DNA from: Patellaria atrata CBS 101060
Lineage: Eukaryota
Assembly: GCA_010093705.1 (NCBI GenBank)
Contig: MU006102.1
Coordinates: 567,548-631,547, forward strand
Direction of reading: 5' to 3'
DNA: 64,000 bases
The notes under the pieces were generated by a model that saw only the letters and a list, made by a program, of their open reading frames with translations, did not search any database and was not told the DNA's origin. Both the position numbers and the translations under genes were made by a program. Shown one piece after another: positions 37,109 to 51,275 of the stretch (its first letter is position 1; each line of letters starts with the position of its first letter).

Positions 37109-40100
37109 ATGGCTGTTAGAAACCGTGAAGGTCTCATGCATCCACTTCCCTCTCGCCCTCCTCTATCTTCTCACCATTCAAATTCTGTACCTTCAACACC
37201 CCACCAACATCCACGGGACCTCATCCACCGTTCAAGAACGCCTTCTCCAAACGGAGGTCTGGGAAGTCATTCCCCTCGATCAGTCTCGTCTGAAGCAAAT
37301 GGACCTATGACCACACTACGTAAACCTCGTACAGCTTGCAGATATGAAACAAGTGTAGCATTTGGAAAGAGGCGGTTTGGTTACGATAAAACAGATATAT
37401 TAGAAAAAGCAGAAATTGAACCTAAGAAGGTACTAGATCCAAGGGAGGAGCAGAAATTGAATGGCGAAATGAGGGAATTGTATAACCGTTTGCTACCATC
37501 GGAAGAAAGTCAAAACAGGAGGTTAAAACTGGTTGAAAAACTGGAGGGTATATTACATAAAGAGTGGCCTGGTAATGAGTTCAAGGTCCACGTCTTTGGC
37601 TCATCTGGTAACCTGCTATGCACGAGCGAATCTGATGGTTGGTACAAAGTTCTCTACGGGACAAGTTTAGCTGCTAATGACAAAATCAAGTCGACATATG
37701 TATACAAACACCGATGAAGAAACTAGAGACCATGTGTATCCTCGCAATGGCTCTTGCGAAACGTGAGTTGCATTCAAAATTATATCCTCTCAGGTACTGA
37801 CGCGGAGAAGATGGCATGGAACGTGTTGTTTGCGTCGCCGGAGCAAAAGTTCCTATCGTCAAGATTTGGGACCCCGAGTTACATTTGGCATGCGACATGA
37901 ATGTAAACAATACTCTAGCATTGGAAAATACGCGCATGATAAAGACTTATGTACAAATTGACGAGCGTGTCCGGCCCTTGGCTATGATAATCAAGCACTG
38001 GACAAGTGAAAGGATATTGAACGATGCTGGTAAGCAGTCGGGGTTCAACTCAGAGCATTCGATTCAAACAACTGATATATTGTGCAGCCATCGGAGCCAC
38101 ATTGAGCTCTTACGCTTGGATATGTATGATTTTGAATTTCCTTCAAACACGAAATCCGCCTATTCTCCCGGCATTGCATCATATGTCACAACGTCTATAC
38201 TCTCCACAAACAGGCCGGGAATCGGAGTTTGCGGATGACATTACCGCTCTACGCGATTTTGGGAAACCTAATAAAGAGACTATCGGTGAATTATTATTCC
38301 AGTTTTTCCGCCGTTACGGCCACGAGATAGATTATCAGAGTTCCGTAATCTCTGTACGAGATGGAAAATTGCTGACCAGGGCGGCTAAAGGATGGGATAT
38401 TCAAAGCCTATCAAGAGAGGGACACGAACGTTTGTGTGTGGAAGAACCTTTCAATGTTTTTCGCAATCTTGGGAACTCTGCAGATGATTATTCCTTTCGA
38501 GGTATCCACCTCGAGCTACGAAGAGCATTTGACTTGCTCGCGGAAGGAGGACAACTTGCAAAATGCTGCGAGCATTACGAGTTTCCACCCGAAGAGAAAA
38601 TGATATTCAAGAAACCCACTCCTGCGCCAAAAGCAGTGCTCTCCCTCACAGCACCCCAATCAGCACGAGGTGGTCGGGGTAATCAAGCTTCTCGGGGAGG
38701 GAAAAACAATGGGGCCGCAAAACAAAACCAAAACTATCGCCGAGCATCCAGCGGAGCAGCTTCACTCCCTGGTAACCGACACGCTTTTTTGCAAAGCCCT
38801 CCCATCGGTATGCAAGGACCTGATTATTTTGGCAGGTCGCCGAATCTGCATGATCAACTCTTCCAGCAGTATCAGTTTCTCCAGATGCAGGAGAACACCT
38901 TAAGGAGCCACCTCTTAGCCCAACATCATCAGCATGCTCACTCACACTTAGCTGCTCAAGCTCAGGCTCAAGCCCAAGCTCAAGCCCAAACTCAAGCCCA
39001 GACCCAAGGCAGAGGTGCCCCAACAGGTTCTCCGCAGAAAGGACCTTTCCTCAATGGAATACCTAGTCCACGTCCACCTGAAAGTTCTACGAGCAACGTA
39101 GCCAACTTTCCAGGCTTCGTCTATCCATATTCCACCGTGTACGATCTCTCTCAGCCAATGACTCAGTCAATCTCGCAGGATGGCTCAAGAACTAATCCTT
39201 CCTCCCCATCGTTGACGACGAGTAGTCCAGCACTTCGGCGAGGTGTACACCGTTCCTCTGTGACAAGTGGATCTCAGAGCACTTCTGGGAGGTCCCAATC
39301 TCAACCAGCTCGCGGTATCCCTAGCTCTCTAGTATTACAAGGTTACCCTCCCATGCCAGGGCAAGATGCATTAGGAATCACTCAGTACCCTGTTGCCAGT
39401 CAGTCACACGAGCCACAACGTGAACGATCAAATACAGAGCAGGTAGTTCAGGCATCACGGCATCACCCCTACCCAATGACAATGCTTCAAATGACTGGGC
39501 ATGGGATGCCGAAGGAATACATCGGCTATTACGTAGGTGACTCACCTCAAATACGGCCACAATATCCTGATCAAACCCAGTATTCGATGCCTGTCTTTGG
39601 TGATTTAACACACCAAAAGCAAAGGATCTCTCCAGACTTACTTCCCCCTCTTGTCTCCAGGCATGTATCTCGATCTCCATCCCCCTTGGGACACTTTAGA
39701 AGCTATTCTACCGGACTTCGCTCGGCACCATTACCAGGTACTTCTATGTCTAGTGGTCTAAGGCAAGATTCTCTTCATCCTCCTGAAGAGAATGGTCTAC
39801 TGATCGTCAACGGTTCCACACCTTCCACTTATTCCCGCAATAGAGAGCAAAATACTGCAGTTGAGGAGTCAAGCACAACCGATGACTCTCCAATATTCAC
39901 ACCATCTGGGTCATCTTCGGTTATCAACCCTGAACAGCCAGGCCTAGACATGTTAGATCTCCGGCAACAGCATATGTATGCTAATGAGCTCTTACAACGT
40001 CATAATGCTGAGCACTCAAGAATTACTATTGCGAATGGTACAAATGGTCATCTCCCAGCTTCTGTTACGCAGTCACCAGTGGCTTACTCGAGCCCACGCT

Positions 40101-40696
40101 CATTCCCTCCAACACTGTTAGACCCTGAAAATTCGATTTCTTCAAACAATAACAATATTCAGTCATCAAAATCATCTCCTCAACAGGCAGGTTCACCTCT
40201 TGGTAGCAGTCCCCCTTTGAAGCAAGGCATTCAAGCACTTGGTTTATCCGGAAGTGTTCCTACGACGCGTGAGGAGACCGCAATATCTGCGCCGTTACTA
40301 TCACCTGTCTTCGAGACCCGTACTCCGTCCCCTGTTGCGAATCGGAGTATAGACACCAATCGACATCCCAAACTCAATGGTTTAAGCCTTACAACGAATG
40401 GTGTCTCTTCGAAAGAATCCTTAGCTTCTCCACATGGGCGAGGTCCAGTTCAGAGTAAAGAGACACAGCAGAAACTAGCTCAGCCCAAGAAGGCGGTTCA
40501 AGGGAGAGGCGAACCCAACGGAAAGACCAACGTAAGTAGTTCGTCGAACGTAAACAACGGAAATAACTGGCAACGGACGAGTAAACGAAAGTCACGATCA
40601 TGCGCAAAATCTACAAGCTCCCAAAAAGCTGGAATAGATATGAAAGCTCAAGGAGAGCCATTACCCGTCAATTTGTCCGAGAGGAAAGGAGGCTAA
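37109..40696 (+). CDS. Non-canonical poly(A)/poly(U) polymerase, Cid1/Cid13/CutA family (NTase + PAP-associated domain), 4 exons, long disordered tail
   Basis: VHVFGSSGNLLCTSESD|VDICI catalytic motif, AKVPIVKIWDPELHLACDMNVNN, RVRPLAMIIKHW, TLSSYAWICMILNFLQ, LCVEEPFNVFRNLGNS; three canonical introns between 37638 and 38088. Start may lie further upstream. Confidence 0.9.
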
Positions 40697-41849
40697 ATGT
40701 CCTTTATTTCCTCTTTGTGGAAGACCAATGCTGTTTCCGCGCTTTTCCTTCGCACGTGGACTAGCTGTGTGAATTAAAGCTACTATCTTCTGTAACGGGA
40801 TATTTCGCCTTGTTGAAGGTGTTGAGCTGCATTCTGCAAGAATTTCATAACGCAGTGTAGGCATGTTGTGGTGACGACGCGGACTTTCGGTAAGAGACTG
40901 AGTCTATGAAGCCCTCTTCTTTTGCAACACCACTTCTTGAACTGTAGTCTTGGGGTTGTATACCACTTCCCATAGCATCAAAAGTTCACCCTTGACACCT
41001 CAATGTTTACAAACGGGATGGAAAGTGGTTGCTGGACACGTCCCTCACTAAAACAGAAAAAAAAAATAAAGAAAACACGGCCGATACCTGCTGCGATGCT
41101 TAACTTTGACGAGATTGTCCAAGTAAAAGCAACAATGATTTGAAGCAATATGGGGATCAAACACATTTACAGGAGTCTTTAGGTATAGAAGAGGACCCAT
41201 TCTTGTTCACTTACACAGCGGAGTTTCATGTCTTTTTCCTTCTGAATAGGTACAGCGAGTGATATGGGAACCAGGATATTCTTGCATCATCAGAGGGATT
41301 GGATTGGCGTTCTCTTCATTTGTAAGTGGCATCACAAGCGCGGGATTGGAGTTGCTTTTATACAACATTCCGGAGGTTGGTTTGTATGTGTATTTATATG
41401 TGATCTACAAGGAGAGGGGGTAGCGGAATGGAGATAAACTATTCTATAGAAAGAAATGGTATAGAATACGTTTTGACAATTCTAATGAGTCCATACAGGG
41501 AAAAGCCAGTGTCTACCTTGGTCAATCTGGTTAGGCTACAGTGAGGAAGAGTCTAAGTATTCTGGCATTCAACATCGCAAGGTTGATAATTTCAACATCT
41601 ACCATACCGGGTGAAGCAATTTCTCTGTTGTAAATCGTTAATATGTACTTGGAGCTAAAACCTGGAACTGTTTTTGATATACGCCATGACTTATAGCTGC
41701 ATCACAAGCCGCCAAGCTACTGCGGTTATAGCCCAGGAGATACGATGTGGGGAGAAGGCGGGCTGACACCGCAACTTCGTAGACCAAAGGTGCCTACAAA
41801 CCGCAGGACCTTCTGTATCCTCCCATGAAGAGATACAACCTCAAGCAGG

Positions 41850-44775
41850 ATGGCCGAGGCCCCGAAGAGCGGCTTACTAGACCTGGAAAAACAGTTGACT
41901 TGTTCGGTAAGTTGGCATCCAGCAATACTAGAGTGGACTTGGCGGACATGATACTTGAATTGGTGCTGTCATAGTACATTTCTGATAATTTTTTGGGATT
42001 GGGTCTGGTTACAGAGTTTGATTCGGTTGCTGATATCTCCAGATATGCACTGAAATTCTATACCAACCCCTCACCCTCCTCAATTGTTTACACACATTCT
42101 GCGGGTCTTGCCTAAAACCATGGTTTGCTGAACAAGCTTCGAACGCAAAAACTCCACACCCGTACACCTGCCCATCATGTCGCGCACCTGTACGGGAAGC
42201 GAGATCAAACGCTACGGTCACAACCCTCCTTGACATGTTAAACCAAGCGAATCCCGACCGAGATAGGACGCAGGAAGAGAAGGATGATATGGACAGGATC
42301 TTTACCCGCGGGGAGAATATCTTACCTGAAGTTCAGCTAAGAGAAGATGATGAGGATGAAGAGGACCGCAGGATCATGGACCAGGTTCGGGAGTTGAGTT
42401 TACAGGAAGTGGGTATGGGAGAGGGTAACTTAAGCGCACCAAGGGCAAGGAGAAGCCGGGAAAGGAGCAGGGATAGAAGAGAAAGAGAGGGAAGGTCTCA
42501 GGGAGCAAGAAGTTCAAGTCATACTAGGGGCAGCGAAGTACAGCACACTACGTACCGGACGCCTATTCCAGCTCGCCAGATAGAGCATCAATCAAGTCTG
42601 AGATCCTTGCTTAGCTCGTCGGAGATTGATTCCCAACAGATAGAAGAAGAGATCTTGAGACAGATAATGGAAGAAGGGTTGCTAGATGGTATTGATCTTA
42701 CAAATATTGATGTCTCTCAAGAGGATGAGATTAGTGAAAGGATTGCTGAAGCTTACCGCAGAAGGATGAGGGAGAGGGAGAGGGAGAGAGAGCAACGTAG
42801 GGAAAGAGATCGGTCTAGGTCTCGAGAAGAACGTCGAAGCAGCAGTAATCCGTCATCAAGCCAAACCCGTCCATCAGAGCATCTAAGACGGCCGCAGAGT
42901 GAGAGGAACGAGTCCGCCCCGGTTCAACAGACAGGATCCTCTCGTCCACCAGTCTCTCGCCCACATTTGCTCGAAGCTGTTAATGATGATGGACGAACCC
43001 GTCATCGCAGATCCTCTAGTCAAGGGAGTTCGCGCTCTGCTCAGGTGGCGAGATCTCGCGATCTGACAATCGGCACTGAGAGGCCTGCGGCTCGTTCCTC
43101 TACTGATCTTTCCGGTCGGTCACAGACCGGACAAGTTAGCTTAGACAGAGGACCTCGGATACCAATTCAAGATCGTAGAAATACAGATCCAAATCACCGT
43201 GTTATAGAGCAATGGCGCAGTGCTGCAGCGAATGTCACTTCAAATTCAAACCCGTCATCCCCTAGAAGAGTCGTCTTTGATACTACGACGGAAAGCCCAC
43301 CCGCTCTTGCAACGCCAATTCCTCCCTCACTAAGGACTCCAAACTCTCCTCGCCTGAAGCCAGACACATCTGGAGCACGGCAATTCCGCTCTCCGTCGTC
43401 ACTTCCGTCTCAAACTCCAGAAACTCGTTCACGTGAGCATAGCAGTCAACCTTCTTCGTCAACCGCTCTTATTCGACCTCAAATGTTTCCCGAACCGTCA
43501 ATCACCTGCGACCGGTGTGGTAAAACTCATATTGAATACGAACTACATTATAACTGCCCCAAGGACCAAGGTGGAAACTACAACTTATGCATACGATGCT
43601 ACCGTCAGGGTAAAGGCTGCCTCAACTGGTTCGGCTTCGGGCACGCCGCAAAACATAGATTCGAGCAGCGTGCACCTCCCAATGGATATCCTCCGAGTCA
43701 AGATCAACCGCACGTGCTCACCGGTCATCGATATCTCCGACCGAGAGAAGATGCAACCCGTTCTACCTCTCCCGACACCAACGTCCAACTTACAGAGGAC
43801 GATCCCTCAAAACGCCTCGAAGCAGGTGTCTTCTGCTCTCTATGTTTCGCGTTCGCAAACGCATGCTTCTGGCGCTGCGACTTCTGCAACGAAGGCGAAT
43901 GGGGTTTCTGCAACACTTGCGTCAACCAAGACCGACACTGCACACACCCCCTACTCCCCCTCTCCCACATCTCCAACAGCAAAAGCGGTCGCACCCAAAC
44001 CTCAGACACCACTTCCACACTTGCATCCTCAACATCACTGACCTCCCCAACCACTCAGCTCATCCCCAAAGTCGCATCCGTCCTCCGTGGCCCCACCACC
44101 ATCCCCTACGCAAACACCCTCTTCCGCCCCCTCACCTTCAGCACCACCTGCGATCTCTGCAAGTACCCCATTCCCCCTTCCCACACGCGCTACCACTGCC
44201 CCCAATGCAACGACGGCGATTACGATATCTGCACGCCCTGCTACACCGGCCTCGTCCTCGACCGCCGCATCGCCCCGCACAACGGCCACCAAGGCTGGCG
44301 CCGCTGCCTCAAGGGCCACCGCATGGTAGTCGTCGGGTTCGAGGACCGCAACGGCGGCCAGAGGCGCGTGGTGAGCAGGGACTTGGTCGGCGGCTGGGCG
44401 CTGAAGGAAGACGATGCTGCCATCGCTGCTTCGTCGACCGGCGCGGGGAATGTCGCGAACCCGGATCAGGCGCCTAACTGGTCCTGGCGCGATGCAGATG
44501 GTACGGTGCGTAAGGCCCGTTCGTCCTCCATGCATCCTCTCTCCCCGTCTTCGTCTGCCGTTCCCCGTTTCCCACCTGACGGCGGCGTTGGGCTCAGGTT
44601 GCTAGCGCTGTGGAGTTATTGGCCTGCTGAGGGGGTCACGGATGAGTTGGCCTTTCCGAAGGGCGCGGAGATCACTGAGGCGGAGGATATCAATGGGGAT
44701 TGGTTCTGGGGGGTTTATTGTGGGAGTAAGGGGTTGTTGCCGGGTGGTTATGGGAGGGTTGTTGGGGGATGGTAA
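41850..44775 (+). CDS. RING finger + ZZ-type zinc fingers + C-terminal SH3 protein (putative E3 ligase), 2 exons
   Basis: MAEAPKSGLLDLEKQLTCS|ICTEILYQPLTLLNCLHTFCGSC...CPSCR (intron 41907-42042); CDRC...YNLCIRC, CSLC...CDFC...CNTC, CDLC...CPQC...DICTPC; ALWSYWP...DELAFPKGAEI...DWFWG...GLLPGGY. Confidence 0.9.
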
Positions 44776-45224
44776 AGGAAGGCTAGCAATGAGCGTCGTT
44801 CTACCTTTTCATTACATTTGAAAACGAAGGGTTGTATGGGTCAGAATTTTTGGGGTTGAATTTGGACTGGTTTTGAGATGGCATGGAGTGTTGAGCGAGT
44901 TGGATATCCAGGTCTGTAGTCAAACGTTTAATTGCATATTTGACCATGGAAATGATGTTAGACTGTACGAGAGTTTTAGGGTGAAGGTATACTTTCTAAC
45001 CAAACACATCAGGAAGGGTAGGGGAAGTAAATACCACCGTGTGCATTTAGGATATCTGATGATGAGGAAAGAAAGCGGACCGAAGACATCCATCATCCGG
45101 CGCCACCGAGACCCATCTGGGGACCAAACGACTAATGAGAACAAGAAGTGAAATCCCTGTGAGAATAGAATAATTGCTCATTCATGACATCCCAACCGCC
45201 CGCCACTGACCAAGAACTCAACAC

Positions 45225-46260
<1,036 letters not shown>

Positions 46261-46752
46261 TGCGCTGATGTGAAGTTTATGAGAAAAAGAGTTGATAGGA
46301 AGAATGAGAAGTTTGTTCAAAGTTAGAGAAAGTTCTCCAGAAAAAGTGTAAGGAAAGGAAGGATTTTAGAAAATCAGGCCAGGAATTAGAGGTTGAAGTA
46401 AGTTCCAGTAGTCGGGTGTTATTGTGAGGCGGCCGTTTCGCAACAGAACGGCAAGCAATCGCCCGCCTGGGCTGAACCTGAACTCTCGATCTCTTACCCT
46501 CAGCTCTTGCCGCTAATACCCCCCAATACAGTCACATTCTTACCTAATTATACCGAAAGGGAATACGCCGCGTACTTTTGAACTTTGAGAGCTCCTTGTA
46601 TACTTTTGTAAGATATCCATTCACATAAGATGTATGCTTCATTGTTGACGTGAACTTACAGCACTCTACACACCCTTGGATTAAAATCCGCCAACGACGC
46701 ATTATCCTTCCGATCCACCATGTTATACGCTTGTCCTGCGTAGTCTAACACC

Positions 46753-48020
46753 ATGTGGCGGGATAGAACAAACCTGTGAGTACCTATATAGCTCGTCTTC
46801 GAAAGGTCCCGATATACTAATGTACCTCAAACAGCTTCATCTCCTACCGGCAATCATACTCCCACCATCCCGCAAAGAAGCCCAAATATGGCGGCCCCTC
46901 ATCCAATGGATTCCGAGGCGGTTCGGAGGAAACCCAAGGTCTCATATCTAGCGGAGCATACGAAGACGATGGCGACGCAATCATCGAGATGGACGTACTA
47001 CCTCCACGCTGGCTCGACATTCAAGATGAAATAACCGAGCACCTCACGAAGATCACGCAGCAAACTCGTAAACTCGAGCAGTTACACCAGAAACACGTCT
47101 TACCTGGCTTCGATGACGAACATGTCAAGCAGCGTGAGGAACGAGAAATAGAGCAGATGACGCAGGAAATCACACGTGGCTTTCAGGCTTGCCAGAGAGC
47201 GATCAAGCGTATCGAAACCATGGTAAGGGACTCGAAGCAGCAGGGCTCTATCAGCAAGAGCGAGGAGACGATGGCGAGGAACCTTAAAATCTCCCTGGCG
47301 ACTCGAGTTGGTGACGCCAGCGCCAACTTTCGCAAAAAGCAGTCCACATACCTCAAGAAGATGCGTGCCCTTGGAGGACTCGCCTCTCCGCTCCCTGGAT
47401 CTCGTTCCGCGACACCGCTAAACGTACAGAACCCTTATACCGACCCCTCGCTCATGGAATCTGAGACCGATCGCAACTTCTCACAAGCCACCGTTCTGCA
47501 GACACTGCAGCATCGGCAAACTTTACGTAGGGAGAATCCAAATGAGGCTATGATTGTGCAGCGTGAGCGCGAGATCGAAGCTATCGCCCAGGGCATCATC
47601 GACCTGGCCAACATATTCCAGGAATTGCAGACCATGGTCATCGATCAAGGCAGCATGCTAGACCGGATCGACTACAACGTCGAAAGCATGAAGGAAAATG
47701 TCAAAGGCGCGGAAAAGGAGCTGGTGGCTGCGAGCGGGTATCAGAGACGTACCATCAAAAGAAAGATCATATTGTTTCTACTACTGCTGGTGTTGGGTAT
47801 GATTATCATATTAAGCTTGAAGTTAGGGCTCAGAGGAGGAGACTCTTCACCGCCATCTCAGGACGTCCCTCCTCTAGCTAAAGGGGATAATCCCCCTCCT
47901 CCTTTGCGGAGAATAGATGCACGCCTCTTGGACAGAATCGGGAAGAGGAAGGCGAGGAAGGATTGGAGGAGGAGAAAACGCCGGCCATGGGATACTATTC
48001 ACATAGACGATCCTTCGTAG
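46753..48020 (+). CDS. TLG2: Syntaxin Tlg2 / syntaxin-16 (t-SNARE), 2 exons
   Basis: N-peptide MWRDRTNL|FISYRQSY, LPPRWLD, HQKHVLPGFDD, FRKKQSTYLKK, SNARE motif REREIEAIAQGIIDLANIF...DQGSMLDRIDYNVE, C-terminal TM helix. Confidence 0.95.
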
Positions 48021-48206
48021 TTTTAGCTCTTAATTACCATACTGTGTGAAATTAGTGTAGTCATCCTCCTGTAGATCATTCACGTCGTCACTACTTAAGT
48101 GTGCATGGTATTCTTAACTACGACCATAAGGTATAACAAATCTAAAATATCAGTATCACCACCCGTCACGACCTCGATGACCCCTCTCCATCCATCTCCT
48201 CCTAAT

Positions 48207-49151
48207 CTATATCCCCTCGATCCGTCTCCCCAAAACACCTAAACCAACCTCATATCCCAACTTCCTCCCCCCAATTCCAGCAACATACCATGGTCGGTAA
48301 GTGATCAACAAGGTAGCTTTGATCCTGTAGTCCAATATCTTCTTTCCTCTCCTTTCCTCTCCAGTCACATTTTCGTATGCTGTATTTTCCATGTTACAAA
48401 CCCCAAGGTCAAGAGTTTGAGCCGACTTGTCACTGGAATTAAGACGGTAGAAACTGTCCACTCGGTCTTTCTGGACCCCGGGGTCTCTGGTTTTTAGATT
48501 TTCTTGGGTCTTTTTGTTTTAAGCTTTCTTGGGTTCCTAGGGGGATGATGTGAGAGGGTTGAAGAACCTTGCGTAAGAGGAGAGGTAGTCTTTTGTGCTT
48601 CTATGTCCCTCGACGTGGACTTCAAGATATCGCTTTGCATACATTCCTCTTAAGTCTGGTGGGCTTCATACATACTTCCGACTCCTGAGTTCCCAACCAT
48701 ACCCCCCATTCCCCAGTTTCCCCAGCAACGCCATCATCAACATGAAGATTCGACCTCATCCACCCATCCACCCTCTCACGAGCAGCAGCACAAACCACCC
48801 CCACCCCCATCGTCTGTAAAGAAAACTTCCATCCCTCCATATCACCCGCAGGACCCAACTCTCAGGCACGATACGAGACGGATGGTTGACGGCGAGCTGA
48901 GGGTGTACTGTATGAGAGGTGGGGGATACGCGTTCGGAGCAGGGGGGGGTTAGGTAAGGAAGGGATTGTGATGTAGTTAGGAGGGCGTAGATATGATCTG
49001 AAGCACTGGACTGGACTTTTCGATTTAGAATGGTTGAAACGACGTTGTTATCTATAAGACATATAGTTTGTTTTGGAAGACTTGTGGAAATATAACTGAT
49101 GGATTTAGGAAGGCCATAATACATCGTATACCCCTTCAGCCACCCGTCCAT
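48207..49151 (-). pseudogene. Possible decayed gene of unknown family
   Basis: Protein-like fragments continue in one minus-strand frame across a few stops (…MYAKRYLEVHVEGHRSTKDYLSSYARFFNPLTSSP*EPKKA*NKKTQENLKTRDPGVQKDRVDSFYRL…) and the segment has the same C-rich to G-rich switch as neighbouring real genes. No family recognised. Confidence 0.25.
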
Positions 49152-49380
49152 CTAACATGCGTATCTGGTAAGTATTCCCATCCGATCATTCGAAAAAAAA
49201 TCCAATCGTGGATTGGACTTCCACTCTGTGATCGGATAGGAGCACTTCCAAAATACACTTGCCATCTGGACCATAGGGGCCGAAAAGGTACATGATCCCC
49301 GATAACCCGGCAAAGGTAGGGCTAAATGTGAATTCCAACCGAAGTGGTCACACAGCTGAAAAGGAAGTGACACTCCCCTC

Positions 49381-50371
49381 CTACAACGTCTTCTTATCAA
49401 CGGTTCCAGCGACGCCAGAGGGTGAGGTAGCAGTCACCGAGCCGTAGACCTCGTAGAGAATCCAGAGCGGGATCCAGACCCAGAGGGTGTTAAAGAAAAA
49501 AAGGTAGACCCATCTGTTCACAAGATTAGTGGAAGGAACACAAAAAGCACCGTAGATAGAAGCGTGAGAGGACACTTCGGGGAGGAAAGCACCAACAAGA
49601 ACATCCAATTCGAGGTATCCAGATTCGGGCTCCCGCTCAACCACTCGGGGCAGAACGTCATAAACCCTAAAACACACACATCAGCACGTTCCCAAACCAC
49701 AGACCCACCCTTTTATTGTAAAAGGAGTATACGGTTCACTCACCTCCATACAACTCCCCCGTCGCAAGCACCGCCATCCAAAACGCCACCCGTCCCCCAA
49801 ACACCCTCTTCAACCCCATATCCCCCTTCCCCCTCACCATTCCCTCCTCGCCCTCCCCCCTCGCAAGCAAAACACAAACATACGCCGCCAACGGCGCGCC
49901 CACAAAAACCGTCAATAACTCCAAACTCACAACCCCCAAATCAACTCCCCCCCACCTCCGATCCGCAAGCGCATACTCCTGCCACAGCCTTGACAAAACA
50001 CCCGTCCCATACGCGGCCCCATACACGCTCTCCCTATCGTTCAGGAAAAACACATCCGCGGGCGTGAAGCTGATCCTATGCGGATCTGTGGGGGGTATAA
50101 CGCCGCTGGGCGTCTTGGCGTGGATGTGCAAAGGCACGGAGACGAAAAAGCAGTTCCAGAGAAAGGAGCCTTCGAAGATGAGGTGGATGAGCGCGTCGAA
50201 GAGGTGCCAGATAAAGAGGAACCGCGTTTTCTTCGAGGAGGGGGTGGGGAGGGAGAGCTTGGAGACGAGGAGAGCGATGAGGAGGACGGCGAGGACGGCG
50301 AGGAGGGAGAGGATGGTTGTTTGGTCGATCTTGGGCCCGGAGGAGGGGGTTATGCTGGTTGAGGGGATCAT
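49381..50371 (-). CDS. Emopamil-binding protein (EBP/EXPERA) family membrane protein, 3 exons
   Basis: LFIWHLFDALIHLIFEGSF, LWQEYALADRRWGGVDLGVVSLELLTV, ATGELYG|GFMTFCPEWLSGSPNLDTSNWMF|LWVYLFFFNTLWVWIPLWIL. Confidence 0.92.
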
Positions 50372-50739
50372 TGTTGCTGGATGGAATGGGGCCTTAGGGG
50401 TTGGCGTGGATGGTTGATAGGGAGGAATTGAGAGCGCTGGCAGATTCTTAGGGAGCCGTGATTTCAATTGAGTGAGTGGATATCTGCAGCACGTGATATA
50501 TTGCGCATCTTAGGTATGGTTTGAGAATTGGTGAAGTTGAGCTTTCGAAGATTTTGAACCAAACCTGGACAGCTTTTGAAGCTTTGGCCAGCTGTGGCTG
50601 AGGTGATCATCGTGGCTAGGTAAGGTTTACTCTATAAGGTAACCTAAAGTAACGTAAGATAATCTGATTAGTTAATGATTAAGGAAATTATTTGTGATAG
50701 GTTATAAGAATTTGCTTTCACTTTGCACGAAAGCAATTA

Positions 50740-51275
50740 GGGGACTGTTATTTTAACCACCCCCTCTTTATACGTTGACACCCCCCTTACTATATTAACA
50801 CCTCCTCCTAAAAGGGGAAGGAGACTAACCAAAAGGGGCAGTTAAGTAAAGTATACCTTATACACCTACCCTCTAGTGGGGGTTCACTTTCGTTTTTATT
50901 ACAGTTTTCAACGCTTTAACTTAAATTAATGGCGGTAGCTTAGATTCGAGCTTAGATTTATCCTTAGATTTATCCTCAGATTTATCTGCAGATCCGTCTT
51001 TAGATACGTGCTCAAGAGTCCGCTTAAAGACGTGCTTAAATACGACATCAGACTCAGTTTAAATTCGTGATCGGATACGGCATCAGATACGGCATAAATT
51101 TATACTCGGTCAGATACGACCTTAAGTTCAGGTAGTATCTTGCAAGAGTATATCTAATTTTGCACGCCCTTCATAATAAAAGGTTTAACTGCCTCTTGGA
51201 GTTAGTCTCCTTCCCTTTTAAGAGGGAAATGGGGTGTCAATATTGTAAAGAGTGGGTGTCAAAATAACAGTCCCC
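50740..51275. mobile_element. Non-autonomous DNA transposon (MITE-like), 536 bp, ~100 bp imperfect TIRs, 5-bp TSD AATTA
   Basis: Left end GGGGACTGTTATTTT...aaaaggggaaggagactaac...ggcagttaa is the reverse complement of right end ttaactgcc...gttagtctccttccctttt...AAAATAACAGTCCCC; AATTA flanks both sides (50735-50739, 51276-51280). Confidence 0.88.

Noticed and set aside
38950..39010. (QA)n repeat in the nucleotidyltransferase tail
   Set aside because: Common low-complexity coding repeat.
32961..40696. Functional cluster of RNA-processing genes (Pop3, NTase, with Bud21 further left)
   Set aside because: Interspersed with unrelated housekeeping genes; no shared motif or other evidence of co-regulation.
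47815..48020. Long basic tail after the Tlg2 TM helix
   Set aside because: Luminal C-terminal extensions are known for fungal Tlg2 proteins; not novel.
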